From Synechococcus sp. (lineage in GTDB: Bacteria; Cyanobacteriota; Cyanobacteriia; Thermostichales; PCC-7336): a stretch of 41,594 bases of DNA. Within the stretch, counting starts at the first letter, position 1. Each line of letters opens with the position of its first letter. This document shows positions 8,609 to 18,980 of the stretch, piece by piece. A program made the translations under genes and the position numbers. Where the stretch lies: assembly GCA_051439425.1 (NCBI GenBank), contig JBFRWD010000042.1, forward strand, positions 1 to 41,594, in the 5' to 3' direction. Under the pieces are notes generated by a model, which did no database searches, had not been told where the DNA came from, and saw nothing but the letters and a program-made list of their open reading frames with translations.

Positions 8609-9448
8609 CTAAAGCAGCTCCCCTTTCATCACGGTAACTGCCTGACCGCTAATGGAAACCCGGTCGCCGCGATCCGCCACTTTCAGCACTCCTCCCCGTG
8701 CAGATGCCTGGTACGCCAGCATCTCGGGCTTGTTGAGCCGCTCTTTCCAAAACGGCACCAGCGAACAATGGGCAGATCCAGTCACCGGATCTTCATCAAT
8801 GCCTGCCTTGGGGGCGAAGTAACGGGAAAAAAAGTCATAGTCGGAGTTGTCGGTGGTAGCCGCTCCTCGTGCTGTGACAATCACCCCTTGCAGCGGCAAC
8901 TGGACTAACAACGACATGTTTGGTTGGAGCGATCGCAACTCTGCCTCCGATTTCACTTCCACCAAATAGTTAATCTCGTTGGCGTACACTCCCAACACAT
9001 CGCACCCCAATGCCTGAACGAGTGGAGAGGGAGCTTCAATCGCAGCAACCGGCTGACTGGGAAAATTCAGAGTTATCCAGTCACCATCAGCTTCAGGTAC
9101 CACCGTCGCAGACAACTGTCCGCTCTTGGTGTGAAAGCGGATGGTCTCGGCAGTGGCGACACATCCTTCCGACCACAACACATGGGCACTAGCTAACGTT
9201 GCATGGCCGCACAAATCAACCTCTAACTCTGGGGTAAACCAGCGTAGAGAATAGTCAATCCCGTCTCCGGCTCCCCTCTCAGCTGAAGGTAGGCGCACCA
9301 AAAAGGCCGTTTCCGACAGATTCATCTCTGCGGCCACTTGCCGCATCCAGTTATCCTCTGCCGTCGCCTCCATCACACATACTGCGGCTGGGTTGCCTCG
9401 AAAGGGGACATCTGTAAAAGCATCGACTTGAAGAATAGATTGCGCCAC
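8609..9448 (-). CDS. PhzF-family phenazine biosynthesis-like isomerase/epimerase
   Basis: QVDAFT..FRGNPAAV, EMNLSETAF, RWFTP..EVDLCGHATLA and EDPVTGSAHC. GTG 9448 is the likely start. Confidence 0.92.
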   Translation of the reverse strand: MAQSILQVDAFTDVPFRGNPAAVCVMEATAEDNWMRQVAAEMNLSETAFLVRLPSAERGAGDGIDYSLRWFTPELEVDLCGHATLASAHVLWSEGCVATAETIRFHTKSGQLSATVVPEADGDWITLNFPSQPVAAIEAPSPLVQALGCDVLGVYANEINYLVEVKSEAELRSLQPNMSLLVQLPLQGVIVTARGAATTDNSDYDFFSRYFAPKAGIDEDPVTGSAHCSLVPFWKERLNKPEMLAYQASARGGVLKVADRGDRVSISGQAVTVMKGELL

Positions 9449-9816
9449 GAGTGAATTCCTGTGTAGTGCGAGCAAGTTTATTCCAAATGGTTTTGCTGTA
9501 TAGTTTTTTACGTCTGGCCGCGTGTATTCTGCATTGCTCTAAAAAAACTATGCGGTAGTCGTCACATTGGCAAGGGCAGTTTAGGCATCTCTCCCACTGG
9601 CTCAGCAAAACCAACGAGGTCCAACGATAATGCAACACTGCACGACGAAACGAACCCAAAATACTTGAAGCACTTCACTCAAGTCGCTAAAACCATAACT
9701 AAGACTTTCCTAGAAAATAACGGAAACGAATCTCGCTCGGTAACCAAACCCAATCAGGACTAATACCGAGATCGGGCCAATCACATCATTTCAGTCGCAG
9801 AGGAATACCTATCGTT

Positions 9817-10215
9817 ATGCCCAAACCGGCGATTATTTGCGTAGACGATGAAGCCATTGTGCTCAGCAGTTTGCTTCGCCAGCTTGAAGAATGCTTCGGA
9901 GATGACTATATCTACGAAACAGCAGAAAATGCCGAAGAAGCACTAGAACTGATGGAGGAGATTGCCGATGACGGCACGTCGATCCTGATAGTAGTGTCTG
10001 ATTGGTTAATGCCTGGTAAGAAGGGAGACGAACTGTTGATCGAAGCTCATCGCAAGTACCCGAGCACAATCAAAGTCCTGCTAACAGGTCAAGCAGACGA
10101 TGACGCCGTCAACAATGCGCGACAACATGCGAACTTGCACGCCTGCTTACGCAAACCTTGGAGCAACGCAGAACTCACAAACTGCATCAAAACCGCTCTC
10201 GCAAATTTAAATTAG
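9817..10215 (+). CDS. Single-domain response regulator
   Basis: ICVDDE, VVSDWLMP, LLTGQ and KPW. Confidence 0.92.
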   Translation: MPKPAIICVDDEAIVLSSLLRQLEECFGDDYIYETAENAEEALELMEEIADDGTSILIVVSDWLMPGKKGDELLIEAHRKYPSTIKVLLTGQADDDAVNNARQHANLHACLRKPWSNAELTNCIKTALANLN

Positions 10216-10331
10216 GAGCCCAGTTAGCCTTTCCAAACTGTTAAGACTCGACTGCTACCTATCGATAGCACTGCCATGTCTGGCATTCTGGAATCGGCAT
10301 TCATCCCCCTCCCCCCCTGCATGGTCCCATC

Positions 10332-11588
10332 ATGTCCAAGCCCATCATTTTATGTATTGATGATGAGCCCTCCGTACTCGACAGTTTGCGGAGGGAATTA
10401 ACCGATCTTTTCGAAGAGCGCTGCGAAATTGAAACTGCGCTGGGGGGAGAAGATGCCCTCAACTTGCAGGAAGACTTCTTAGAAGAAGGGAGCGAGCTGG
10501 CCTTAGTCATATCGGACTACATTATGCCGGATATGAAAGGGGACGAAATTCTGGCTCATATCCACCAATCATTTCCCAAAACGCTAGCGATTATGCTCAC
10601 TGGCCACGCCACGCTAGAAGGCATAACCAATGCTATTAATACAGCAGGGCTGTACCGATTCATCCCCAAACCCTGGAACTCTGCAGACTTACAATTAACG
10701 GTTCGAGAAGCTCTGAATAGCTATTGGGCCGAGCAGCAGTTAGTTGAATATCGTCAAGAATTGGAGCAAAAGGTCGAGGAACGTACGGAAAAGTTAAGGC
10801 AAACACTACACGAACTTGAGCTGACGCAAGCAGAACTCGTTCGCACCGAAAAGTTGGCCAGCTTGGGGGAGCTAGTCGCCGGGGTGGCCCACGAAATCAA
10901 TACGCCTGTGGGAAATGCCATCCTCGCAGCATCGGTTTTGGAACAAGAGACCCATGGGTTCAAGCAATCGTTTGAGAGCGGTGCCATAAAGAAGTCCCAT
11001 TTGACTCATTATTTGGACGTAGCCAGCAATAGCAGCCAGCTCGTCTTCAACAATTTGCAGCGCGCGGCGGACATTATTCAAAATTTCAAGCAAGTGGCGA
11101 TCGATCGTACCAACCTAGAATCGCGGGTGTTTAAGGTGGTGGACTACTTGGAAAGCATCGCCGTTAGTTTGGAACCTCAATGGAAGAAGGCCAAGCACCA
11201 CCTAATCGTAGAAGGCGATCGCGACATTGTGATGGAAGGCTGCCCTGGGGTGTTATCTCAGGTTGTCACCAACTTGGTCATGAATTCCATTGTCCATGCC
11301 TACGATCCCGGCCAGCGAGGTCACTTAATGCTGCAAGTGGCGCGAGAGTGCGATCGAATTCATTTGAGCTATTCAGACGATGGTCGAGGAATGACCCCCG
11401 ACCTACAGGAGAGAATATTTGACCCGTTTTTCACCACGGCGCGCGATCGGGGTGGCAGCGGATTGGGATTAAATATCGTTCACAATATCGTTACACAGAG
11501 TCTCCAGGGTAACCTCAGGTGCAAGAGTGTTTTGGGCCAAGGCACAACATTCGTGCTCGACCTGCCCCAACACCCAGCCAATCTGTAA
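10332..11588 (+). CDS. Cytoplasmic hybrid histidine kinase (REC-coiled coil-HisKA-HATPase)
   Basis: N-terminal REC (CIDDE, ISDYIMP, KPW), H-box EKLASLGELVAGVAHEINTP, N-box QVVTNLVMNS, DDGRG, FDPFFTT and GSGLGL. Confidence 0.93.
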   Translation: MSKPIILCIDDEPSVLDSLRRELTDLFEERCEIETALGGEDALNLQEDFLEEGSELALVISDYIMPDMKGDEILAHIHQSFPKTLAIMLTGHATLEGITNAINTAGLYRFIPKPWNSADLQLTVREALNSYWAEQQLVEYRQELEQKVEERTEKLRQTLHELELTQAELVRTEKLASLGELVAGVAHEINTPVGNAILAASVLEQETHGFKQSFESGAIKKSHLTHYLDVASNSSQLVFNNLQRAADIIQNFKQVAIDRTNLESRVFKVVDYLESIAVSLEPQWKKAKHHLIVEGDRDIVMEGCPGVLSQVVTNLVMNSIVHAYDPGQRGHLMLQVARECDRIHLSYSDDGRGMTPDLQERIFDPFFTTARDRGGSGLGLNIVHNIVTQSLQGNLRCKSVLGQGTTFVLDLPQHPANL

Positions 11589-11613
11589 GTAGACGGGTTT
11601 CAGGAGCACTGGG

Positions 11614-12984
11614 ATGAATTGGACCAACCCCGTTCATCTGCCCCCATCCGATGCCGAGCCATCGGATACGAATGCGCTTTCCAACCAGCTATTGGCGTCC
11701 CCATCTCCAAACTTCAGCGCCGAACCAACGACATTGATACATCCCAGCCCACAAGCAGAGACTCTAGAAACATCCCCGAACTCAGATGGCGATGTCCTCA
11801 TTTTTGTTGATGAGGATACGGAAACGACTGCCGTCCCACCGTCCACGGATCGACCTCCTTGGAAAGTTCTGGTAGTTGATGATGAAGAGCAGGTGCATGC
11901 CGTTACCCATCTGGCACTGCGTAATTTTGCCTTTGACGATCGACCCGTAGAGCTAATTTCGGCATACTCCGAAGAGGAAGCCAAAACCATTCTGGCCCGG
12001 ACTCCCGACATCGCCGTACTCCTGCTAGATGTCGTCATGGATACGGAAAAGTCCGGTCTTGAGGTTGTCAAGTATGCGCGCGAGACCTTGCACAATCATC
12101 TCTTGCGGATTGTGTTGCGAACGGGTCAGCCTGGTATTGTCCCCGAAACATCAATCATTGATGCATACGACATCAATGACTATCGCAATAAAACCGAGTT
12201 AACGCAGCAGAGGTTGTTCTCTGTGACGATCACATCTCTGCGAACCTACAAAGGGATGTTGAATGTGGAAGAGAGTCGTCGCGAAATTGAAGCACTGAAC
12301 CGCAAGCTCAGACACATCAATGAAAATCTAGAAGAATTAGTCATTGCACGGACACGAGAGCTAGAGGCCAAGAATGACCTATTACTGAGAGAAATTGAGG
12401 TCAGAACGTTGGCTCAAGAAGAGTTGGAGGAGGCCAATCGAGCGCTCGATCGCGTGAATAGCCAGCTAGAATTTCTGGCCACCCATGACGAGTTGACGCG
12501 TGTAGCCAATCGCCGCCACTTCAACCAAGTGTTGGAAAAAACATGGCATGTGGCTCGTCGCCAGCGATCGCCAGTCTCGCTGATTTTGTGCGATATCGAC
12601 TATTTCAAGCAGTACAACGACACCTATGGCCATATCCAAGGAGATTCGTGCCTACAGCAGGTGGCTGCGGTGTTTAGGAAAGCATTGAAACGCCCTGCCG
12701 ATCTCGCCGCTCGCTATGGGGGAGAAGAATTCGCAATCATCTTGCCCGACACCGACCTCGCAGGGGCAATGACGGTTGCTCAATCAGTACAGCAGGACAT
12801 CGAATCCCTCGCGATCGCCCACAGCGGATCTCAAGTAGCCGAGTGGGTGACCCTCAGCTTTGGTGTAGCGGGCATCATTCCCGAGACTGCAGACGGAGCC
12901 AGAGTTCTAATCGGACAAGCTGACAAGGCTCTGTATCAAGCTAAGGCCAACGGACGCAACTTCATTACAGCAGCAGAGTTCTAG
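11614..12984 (+). CDS. Response-regulator diguanylate cyclase (REC-coiled coil-GGDEF)
   Basis: REC (VVDDE, LLDVVM, RTGQPG), DELTRVANRR, DIDYFKQYND, I-site RPAD five residues before GGEEF, and ADKALYQAK. Confidence 0.93.
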   Translation: MNWTNPVHLPPSDAEPSDTNALSNQLLASPSPNFSAEPTTLIHPSPQAETLETSPNSDGDVLIFVDEDTETTAVPPSTDRPPWKVLVVDDEEQVHAVTHLALRNFAFDDRPVELISAYSEEEAKTILARTPDIAVLLLDVVMDTEKSGLEVVKYARETLHNHLLRIVLRTGQPGIVPETSIIDAYDINDYRNKTELTQQRLFSVTITSLRTYKGMLNVEESRREIEALNRKLRHINENLEELVIARTRELEAKNDLLLREIEVRTLAQEELEEANRALDRVNSQLEFLATHDELTRVANRRHFNQVLEKTWHVARRQRSPVSLILCDIDYFKQYNDTYGHIQGDSCLQQVAAVFRKALKRPADLAARYGGEEFAIILPDTDLAGAMTVAQSVQQDIESLAIAHSGSQVAEWVTLSFGVAGIIPETADGARVLIGQADKALYQAKANGRNFITAAEF

Positions 12985-13042
12985 AGGCGACTAGGCTTGA
13001 AAATTGAGGCTTGAGAAATTCCGCTTAGCGACTTGCCCGCAG

Positions 13043-13128
13043 CTATAGCACTTGCCATTTCAGTTAGGACCAAGGACTTCGAGCGCGGTCAGAGTTGAAC
13101 ATTGCTGAAATATCAACAGTGGTATGGC
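13043..13128. repeat. Intergenic repeat family A, copy 1 (imperfect terminal inverted repeats)
   Basis: ctatagcacttgccatttcag ... ctgaaatatcaacagtggtatgg. The core ttcagttaggac...gtcag.gtt.a...ctgaaat...gtatggc recurs at 22715-22781. Confidence 0.7.
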
Positions 13129-13131
13129 TGC

Positions 13132-13236
13132 TGCTATGGCGCTTGGCAATCCGCTATGGAGATTTTCTCGAATCACGGACCTAGTCAATTAAGGCTTTCA
13201 GCTAGCTCCACAATCCAACTCCTACAGCGGATTGCT
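13132..13236. repeat. Intergenic repeat family B, copy 1 (MITE/REP-like, GCAATCCGCT inverted ends)
   Basis: gcaatccgct (13146-13155) and agcggattgc (13226-13235) are perfect inverted repeats. Colinear homology with 22564-22669. Confidence 0.8.
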
Positions 13237-13348
13237 ATATGTGGTGAACGCCAAATCTGATATCTAGTACAAAAATGCCCCCCACAGATGCAGAGAGCGT
13301 TCAGAAATCTTGAAGAAGCAAGTGTTCAGAAGAACCACACGCAACTTA

Positions 13349-13486
13349 CTAATTTTCCCAGGGCAAGTTGCCTTGGTCACCAAAGATCTTGGTGGTACCC
13401 GCCTGTACATCCTTGTAGATGTTGTAGCCTGCCCAACCGGCAACCATAATAATCGGGCCTAAAACAACCAATATGCGCCAGTCCAT
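13349..13486 (-). CDS. psbY: Photosystem II protein PsbY (45 aa)
   Basis: Not in the ORF track. [45 protein letters not shown] carries the PsbY pattern MDWRxxxVLxPxxxxxxWAxxNI. Confidence 0.85.
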   Translation of the reverse strand: MDWRILVVLGPIIMVAGWAGYNIYKDVQAGTTKIFGDQGNLPWEN

Positions 13487-13599
13487 AATCAAGCCTATTT
13501 ATTAAATCCAACAGATACCACGGATTGTAATCGATCTCGGCTTGAGATTGAAGGCAGCCGTACAATTGAACAGCCCGCCCATGTCGAGATCGCCAACCA

Positions 13600-16065
13600 T
13601 TACAGAGTTTCTGCAGACACGAGATTGACTGTCGAGATCGACTCTCCAGCCGCTGTCACCAGCAAGCGAGTGCCGGTACTGGCGCGATCTTGGAGAGGTA
13701 TATCTCCTACCGCCAAACGTAGAACCCGAGACTTATCCGTGACCCAACTGAGGGTGCTGTCTTGCGCGGCAGCGATCGCCCCCACTAGCGAATCGGATTT
13801 GAGCTTGAATTGCATCGCCTGCATCCCTACTTTGCCTCGTTCCATCAACCGAATCGATCGCGTCACCATCCGCTTGGCATATCCTTTCGCCGACACAAAG
13901 ACAATCGGCTCTTGAGGTTGCACCACCGCCATGCCCACAATCCATTCCTTGCGCCGCAACCGCAACGCCTGATTCCCCATCGCAGCTCGCCCCATCAGCG
14001 GCACCTGCTCCGTATCCAACGGCAGTCGCAACACCCGTCCGGCAGAGGTGGAAATCACCACGCTCAACTCCGTCCGGCGACTATCGCATAGAGTGGCCCA
14101 CCCCAGCGCATCTTCATCCTTCACCTTTGCCACCGCTAGGCCGCGAGCGGTAATGGTGGCATATTCCGAAAGCATGACTCGCTTGAGTCGCCCCTTTCGA
14201 GTCAGGGCAACAATGTGGGTGCGTTCGGGATAGTCGGCCAAAGCAAATGTGGCAGCAACGTCTTCCTTGGTGGGGAGCAACGATACCAGTGGAGTTCCGC
14301 GCGATCGCCCCGACGTTGCCGGGACCTCGTGAACTTTCATGGAATACATACGCCCGGATTCTGTGAGGGCCAAAAAGTCTTGGTGCGATCGGGTGGCATG
14401 AGCCTGAATGACTGCATCCTCGACATCCTCTTGAATTCCTTCTCGGGCTTTGGCATGGCGATCGAATGCGGCAGGCAAGAGACGTCGAATGTACCCTTTT
14501 TGGGTCAGTTGCAGCACCATTTCTTGGTCGGGAATCAGATCCACTTCTTCAATCGGCTGAGTTTCCTCTTGGGCCAGTCGAGTGCGGCGCTCGTCGGCAA
14601 ACTGCTTTTTCAGTTTGCGCAGTTCCTGCTTGAGATGCTTGAGGAATTTGCTGCGATCGCTCAGGAGCTCTTCCAGCTCGGCAATTTTGGCCATCACCTC
14701 TTGCTGTTCAGTGGCAATCCGCTCCCGCTCTAACCCCGTCAAACGACGTAATGGCATCGCTAAAATCGTATCCGCCTGATTGGATGTACAACCCAACACA
14801 TCCTGCAGTTGAATTTTTGCGGTCGAGCCGTCGGGCGCATTGCGCAGCAGGTCGATGACATCATCTAAATTCTCCAGCGCCAGCAGTTGCGCCCCCAGTT
14901 CCTCTGACTTTTTGCGGAAGCGACCCAAATCCTGCTCGAACACCCTGGTCAGAGTCTGGATGCGAAAATCCAAGAACACCTGCAGGGCATCCTTCAAAGA
15001 CAGTTGTTTGGGCTCACCATCCACTAGCGCCAGCAGAATGGCCCCGTAATTGGTTTGCAGTTGGGTGGAGCGGTAAAGCTGCTTGAGCACAATGTCGGCC
15101 CGGGCATCCTTGCGCAGCTCGATGACAACCCGAATACCGGTGCGATCGCTCTCGTCTCTTAAATCGGCAATCCCTTTCAACCGCCCCTGGTTAGTCAAGT
15201 CTGCAACTTTTTCAATCCACGATGCTTTGTTGACCTGATAGGGAAATTCTGTCACCACAATGGCATCACGACGATGGCGACCCTTTCCCGGCTTGATTTC
15301 TTCCGTATGGGCTATGCCGCGTAATGGAATTGACCCACGCCCAGTAGTGTAGGTATCCACGAGCCCTTTGGTACCCACAATCTCACCCCCCGTGGGGAAA
15401 TCGGGGGCGGGAATATATTTCATCAATTCCGCAGAGGTAATCTCGGGGCGATCGATCGCTGCCAATAAGCCATCTATTAATTCTCCCAAGTTATGGGGGG
15501 GGATCTTGGTGGCCATCCCCACCGCAATGCCGTCCGATCCGTTCAGGAGCAGCATCGGCAGTTGCGACGGCAGCACGACAGGTTCCTGCTGTGACCCGTC
15601 AAAATTGGGGGCAAACGGGACAATTTCCTCGTTCACTTCCGCCAACATGCCGTCACTGCCCACCGCCGACATGCGAGTTTCGGTGTATCGCATCGCCGCC
15701 GGAGGATCGGCATCTACCGAGCCAAAGTTGCCGTGACCTTGCAGCAAGGGATAACGACTGGAGAACGACTGCACCATGCGCACCAGAGCGTCGTAGACCG
15801 CCTGATCGCCGTGGGGGTGGTATTTACCCAGTACATCCCCCACTACGCGGGCACATTTTCGAAACGGGCGATCGGGGGTCAATCCCAGCTCGTGCATGGC
15901 GTACAAGATACGCCTATGCACCGGTTTGAGCCCATCCCGCGCATCCGGCAGCGCCCGACCCACAATCACGCTCATGGCGTATTCCAGATAGGAACGCTCC
16001 ATCTCCTCTAGCAGGGAAATGGGCTGAATGGTTCCGGCGGCAGGGTCAAACGTCGCGTCGGTCAT
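13600..16065 (-). CDS. gyrA: Type IIA topoisomerase A subunit (GyrA/ParC family), paralog lacking a recognisable GyrA-box
   Basis: [32 protein letters not shown], catalytic AAMRYTE and C-terminal beta-pinwheel repeats. Confidence 0.92.
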   Translation of the reverse strand: MTDATFDPAAGTIQPISLLEEMERSYLEYAMSVIVGRALPDARDGLKPVHRRILYAMHELGLTPDRPFRKCARVVGDVLGKYHPHGDQAVYDALVRMVQSFSSRYPLLQGHGNFGSVDADPPAAMRYTETRMSAVGSDGMLAEVNEEIVPFAPNFDGSQQEPVVLPSQLPMLLLNGSDGIAVGMATKIPPHNLGELIDGLLAAIDRPEITSAELMKYIPAPDFPTGGEIVGTKGLVDTYTTGRGSIPLRGIAHTEEIKPGKGRHRRDAIVVTEFPYQVNKASWIEKVADLTNQGRLKGIADLRDESDRTGIRVVIELRKDARADIVLKQLYRSTQLQTNYGAILLALVDGEPKQLSLKDALQVFLDFRIQTLTRVFEQDLGRFRKKSEELGAQLLALENLDDVIDLLRNAPDGSTAKIQLQDVLGCTSNQADTILAMPLRRLTGLERERIATEQQEVMAKIAELEELLSDRSKFLKHLKQELRKLKKQFADERRTRLAQEETQPIEEVDLIPDQEMVLQLTQKGYIRRLLPAAFDRHAKAREGIQEDVEDAVIQAHATRSHQDFLALTESGRMYSMKVHEVPATSGRSRGTPLVSLLPTKEDVAATFALADYPERTHIVALTRKGRLKRVMLSEYATITARGLAVAKVKDEDALGWATLCDSRRTELSVVISTSAGRVLRLPLDTEQVPLMGRAAMGNQALRLRRKEWIVGMAVVQPQEPIVFVSAKGYAKRMVTRSIRLMERGKVGMQAMQFKLKSDSLVGAIAAAQDSTLSWVTDKSRVLRLAVGDIPLQDRASTGTRLLVTAAGESISTVNLVSAETL

Positions 16066-16267
16066 GGGTTTCGGGCATCGGTCAGCATTCGTTGTTCACC
16101 AACTTACCCCAAACTTTTCGGCTGACGCGGGTTTGCCAACCCAGACTTGTAGAGATTGTCTGGAATTCTTGCCGTAGTGTTTGCCCTCACCATCGCTAGA
16201 CGTGGAAAGTCACAAGGTGGCTCTTCGCCACTCTCCTCACAGAACCCAGCGATCGGCCTGACAGGAG

Positions 16268-17356
16268 CTATTGCAACGATTCATCCCGGAGCGGGCCATT
16301 GTAGAGCACCGTTGTTTCGAATGTGGACTTGTTTACAGCAACCTCCGATTCGATGGGGAGACTGATATCGCCAGGAAATCCTCCCCGAAAGGTGAAAATC
16401 CAGCGATCGCCATCATCGCGGAACGGAGATTCCAGGGCTGGCCCGTGCATGGAGGATTCAGCACTGTAGTTGTTCAGCCCCCCATTTGCTCGTTCCGCTG
16501 CTTGTCGAGCAAAGTTCTTAGCTGTTGTAATGTCTCCCGGAGCACTCAGCGAGCGACTGGGGGCGGGACGGTTAGAAACACGATCGGGTGAAGGTTGATT
16601 GTCCGCGGAAGCGTTATCTGAAAGCTCGGCAGACCCGCTGGCAATGGGCTCGGCTGAAGGCTGCCCTTGTAAGTCTTGCTGGGGTTGGTCTTGTTGTTGT
16701 TCATCTGGACGTCCAGCGTCCCTAGGATCTGGAGTGACAGGATCGGGAACCTGAGGCTCTCCTCGCGCTGATGGTTGCCGTGCCGTTTCATCCAGATTAC
16801 GGCCCTGCCCGCCAGCATTGCCATTACGAGATTGATTATTACGAGATTGATTATTGCGAGGTTGACTGGTCTGGGGTCGATTATTCTGGGTGCGGGCAGT
16901 GCGCAAAGGTCCGTTGTAGAGAATATCAATCGCTAACGAGGTTTTGTTGATAGCTATTTCAGACTCAACAGTAAAACTTTCTCCTGGCGCGCCGCCGCGA
17001 AATGTAAAAATCCATGTATCGCCGCCATCTCGGTAGGGAGCATCCAGCGCCGGCCCGTGCATCGCAGGCTCTGCCCGATAGTTCTCCAGCCCGCCATTTT
17101 GCCGTTCTGCGGCTTGTCGAGCTAGGTTTTTAGAAACCGTGATCGTTCCGCTCGTGAACGGCAATTGAGCTATCACGATCTGAGTATCAGTACTGCGCTC
17201 CGCCGCCTCAACTCGAACAATTTGCGAGGTTATGGTGGCGCTTTCATCGCTCTCCAGATCTCGGACCGCCCCAAAACTGAGAGCTCCATCCCCCAAGATG
17301 AGAGGTAATGCAAGAGCGGAGGGAACTAGAAGAAAAAGAGCCGAGATACGCTGCAT
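16268..17356 (-). CDS. Exported hypothetical protein with two copies of an ~80-aa domain and a Q/N/P-rich linker
   Basis: Hydrophobic N-terminus. The domain KNxARQAAERxNGGLxNYxAExxMHGPALxxPxRDxGDxWIFTFRGGxPG...ESExAxNK...LYNGPLR occurs twice. Confidence 0.8.
   Translation of the reverse strand: MQRISALFLLVPSALALPLILGDGALSFGAVRDLESDESATITSQIVRVEAAERSTDTQIVIAQLPFTSGTITVSKNLARQAAERQNGGLENYRAEPAMHGPALDAPYRDGGDTWIFTFRGGAPGESFTVESEIAINKTSLAIDILYNGPLRTARTQNNRPQTSQPRNNQSRNNQSRNGNAGGQGRNLDETARQPSARGEPQVPDPVTPDPRDAGRPDEQQQDQPQQDLQGQPSAEPIASGSAELSDNASADNQPSPDRVSNRPAPSRSLSAPGDITTAKNFARQAAERANGGLNNYSAESSMHGPALESPFRDDGDRWIFTFRGGFPGDISLPIESEVAVNKSTFETTVLYNGPLRDESLQ
16823..16867. repeat. 15-bp coding tandem repeat (3 units)
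   Basis: attacgagattgatt x2 plus attgcgaggttgact, encoding SQPRN-NQSRN-NQSRN. Confidence 0.8.
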
Positions 17357-17560
17357 AACCTGTCCTTGAACGACCGATATGACGGATTTACCTTAGCGCC
17401 AAGCACTATTCGCAAGCCAGCCGATCCGGACAGAAAAAGGAACGGACTCACTCCAGAACAACAGTCCTGTTCTGGTAAACGCATCGCAGACATAGCGATC
17501 GCTACTGGAATATGCCAACCTAGCCTGTATGCAAAATTCGAGGAGCCCTCGCGCCATTCC

Positions 17561-18820
17561 ATGGATACCATTCGCGCCGTTAAAGGAACACAGGATCTGC
17601 TGCCCGATTCGATTGGGTTGTGGCATCACATCGAATCGGTATCTCAGACCATCTTGACCAATGCTGGTTACAGCGAAATTCGCACCCCCATTTTCGAGCA
17701 AACAGATCTGTTCGTGCGCGGTATCGGCACCGCAACAGACGTGGTCAGTAAAGAAATGTACAGTTTCACCACTCGTGGGGACGACACCATCACCCTGCGC
17801 CCCGAAAACACGGCAGGGGTCGCCCGTTCGTTTATTCAGAACAAGCTCTATGCAGCGGGGAACGTTCAGAAACTCTGGTATCGCGGCCCCATGTTTCGCT
17901 ATGAACGGCCCCAAGCGGGACGACAGCGGCAGTTTCATCAATTAGGGCTAGAGTCTTTGGGAAGCAGCGACCCGCGAGCAGATGCAGAGGCGATCGCCAT
18001 TGCTGTCGATATCCTCACTGCACTGGGGCTTAGCAATTTGACGGTATCCATCAACTCCGTCGGTCGTGGTGACGATCGCGCGGCCTATAGAGAAGCTCTG
18101 ATCGACTATCTCACCCCGTTCAAAGCCGAGCTGGATACCGACTCTCAAGATCGACTCACCCGCAATCCGCTACGGGTTTTAGATAGCAAAGATGCTCGCA
18201 CCCGTGAGATTGTCGCCGATGCCCCAAAACTGATCGAACACTTGAGCCCAGAGTCAAAAGAACACTTCGATCGTGTCCTGTCGCAATTGCAACAACTCGG
18301 GCTTGAATATGCGATCGATCACAAACTGGTGCGCGGCCTGGACTACTACACCCACACCGCATTCGAAATTCAATCTAACGATTTAGGTGCCCAAAATGCC
18401 GTCTGTGGAGGGGGGCGATACGACGGACTGATTGCAGAATTGGGTGGTCCAGAGACTCCAGCGGTAGGGTGGGCGATGGGGCTGGAACGCATCGCGATCC
18501 TCTTACAGCAAAAGGGATTTGTCGATCCCAGCCGCTTGGATGCCTATGCTATTTCGCGCGGGCGAGTGGCAGAAGACGCAGCGTTGGAGATCGTCCAAGA
18601 ACTGCGTCAGGCGGGAATTGCCACTGGGCTAGATTTAAGTGGCGGCAAATTTGCAAAGCAGTTCAAGCGAGCCGATCGCAGCGGTGCCACTTGGGCATTA
18701 GTACTGGGTGACGATGAAGTCTCGCGCAGTGTGGTACAGGTCAAACACTTGCAATCGGGGGAGCAAACAGAGGTGAGTCGCAGCGAGCTGGCGTCATTTT
18801 TGCGCCAGCCTTCCGGATAG
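17561..18820 (+). CDS. hisS: Histidine--tRNA ligase
   Basis: IRAVKGTQD, KEMYSF, LRPENTA, MFRYERPQAGRQRQFHQ, LVRGLDYY and GGGRYDGL. ATG 17561. Confidence 0.97.
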   Translation: MDTIRAVKGTQDLLPDSIGLWHHIESVSQTILTNAGYSEIRTPIFEQTDLFVRGIGTATDVVSKEMYSFTTRGDDTITLRPENTAGVARSFIQNKLYAAGNVQKLWYRGPMFRYERPQAGRQRQFHQLGLESLGSSDPRADAEAIAIAVDILTALGLSNLTVSINSVGRGDDRAAYREALIDYLTPFKAELDTDSQDRLTRNPLRVLDSKDARTREIVADAPKLIEHLSPESKEHFDRVLSQLQQLGLEYAIDHKLVRGLDYYTHTAFEIQSNDLGAQNAVCGGGRYDGLIAELGGPETPAVGWAMGLERIAILLQQKGFVDPSRLDAYAISRGRVAEDAALEIVQELRQAGIATGLDLSGGKFAKQFKRADRSGATWALVLGDDEVSRSVVQVKHLQSGEQTEVSRSELASFLRQPSG

Positions 18821-18980
18821 TCTCGTCTTCGGCTGACACAACCTCGCGTTAGCCAAATGTCCCACCCAGTTTTGTTTTTTTGCACATTCCCGCACTGGCT
18901 CCTCCTTGTCGCAACGGCTTGAATTGAAATAGTGGCTCAGACCAGTTCAATCGGTTCCGCAACGGTGTTGGAGGTTAAGT

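Noticed and set aside
9494..9554. Stem ctgtatagtttttt / aaaaaactatgcgg in the phzF-REC gap
   Set aside because: Mostly A/T runs and wobble pairs with a large loop; weak evidence.
13043..13236. Repeats A/B as a CRISPR array
   Set aside because: No regularly spaced direct repeats with unique spacers, and no cas genes in the window.
17366..17560. 65-aa N-terminal extension of HisS
   Set aside because: Homology begins at ATG 17561 and the region is the divergent promoter gap.
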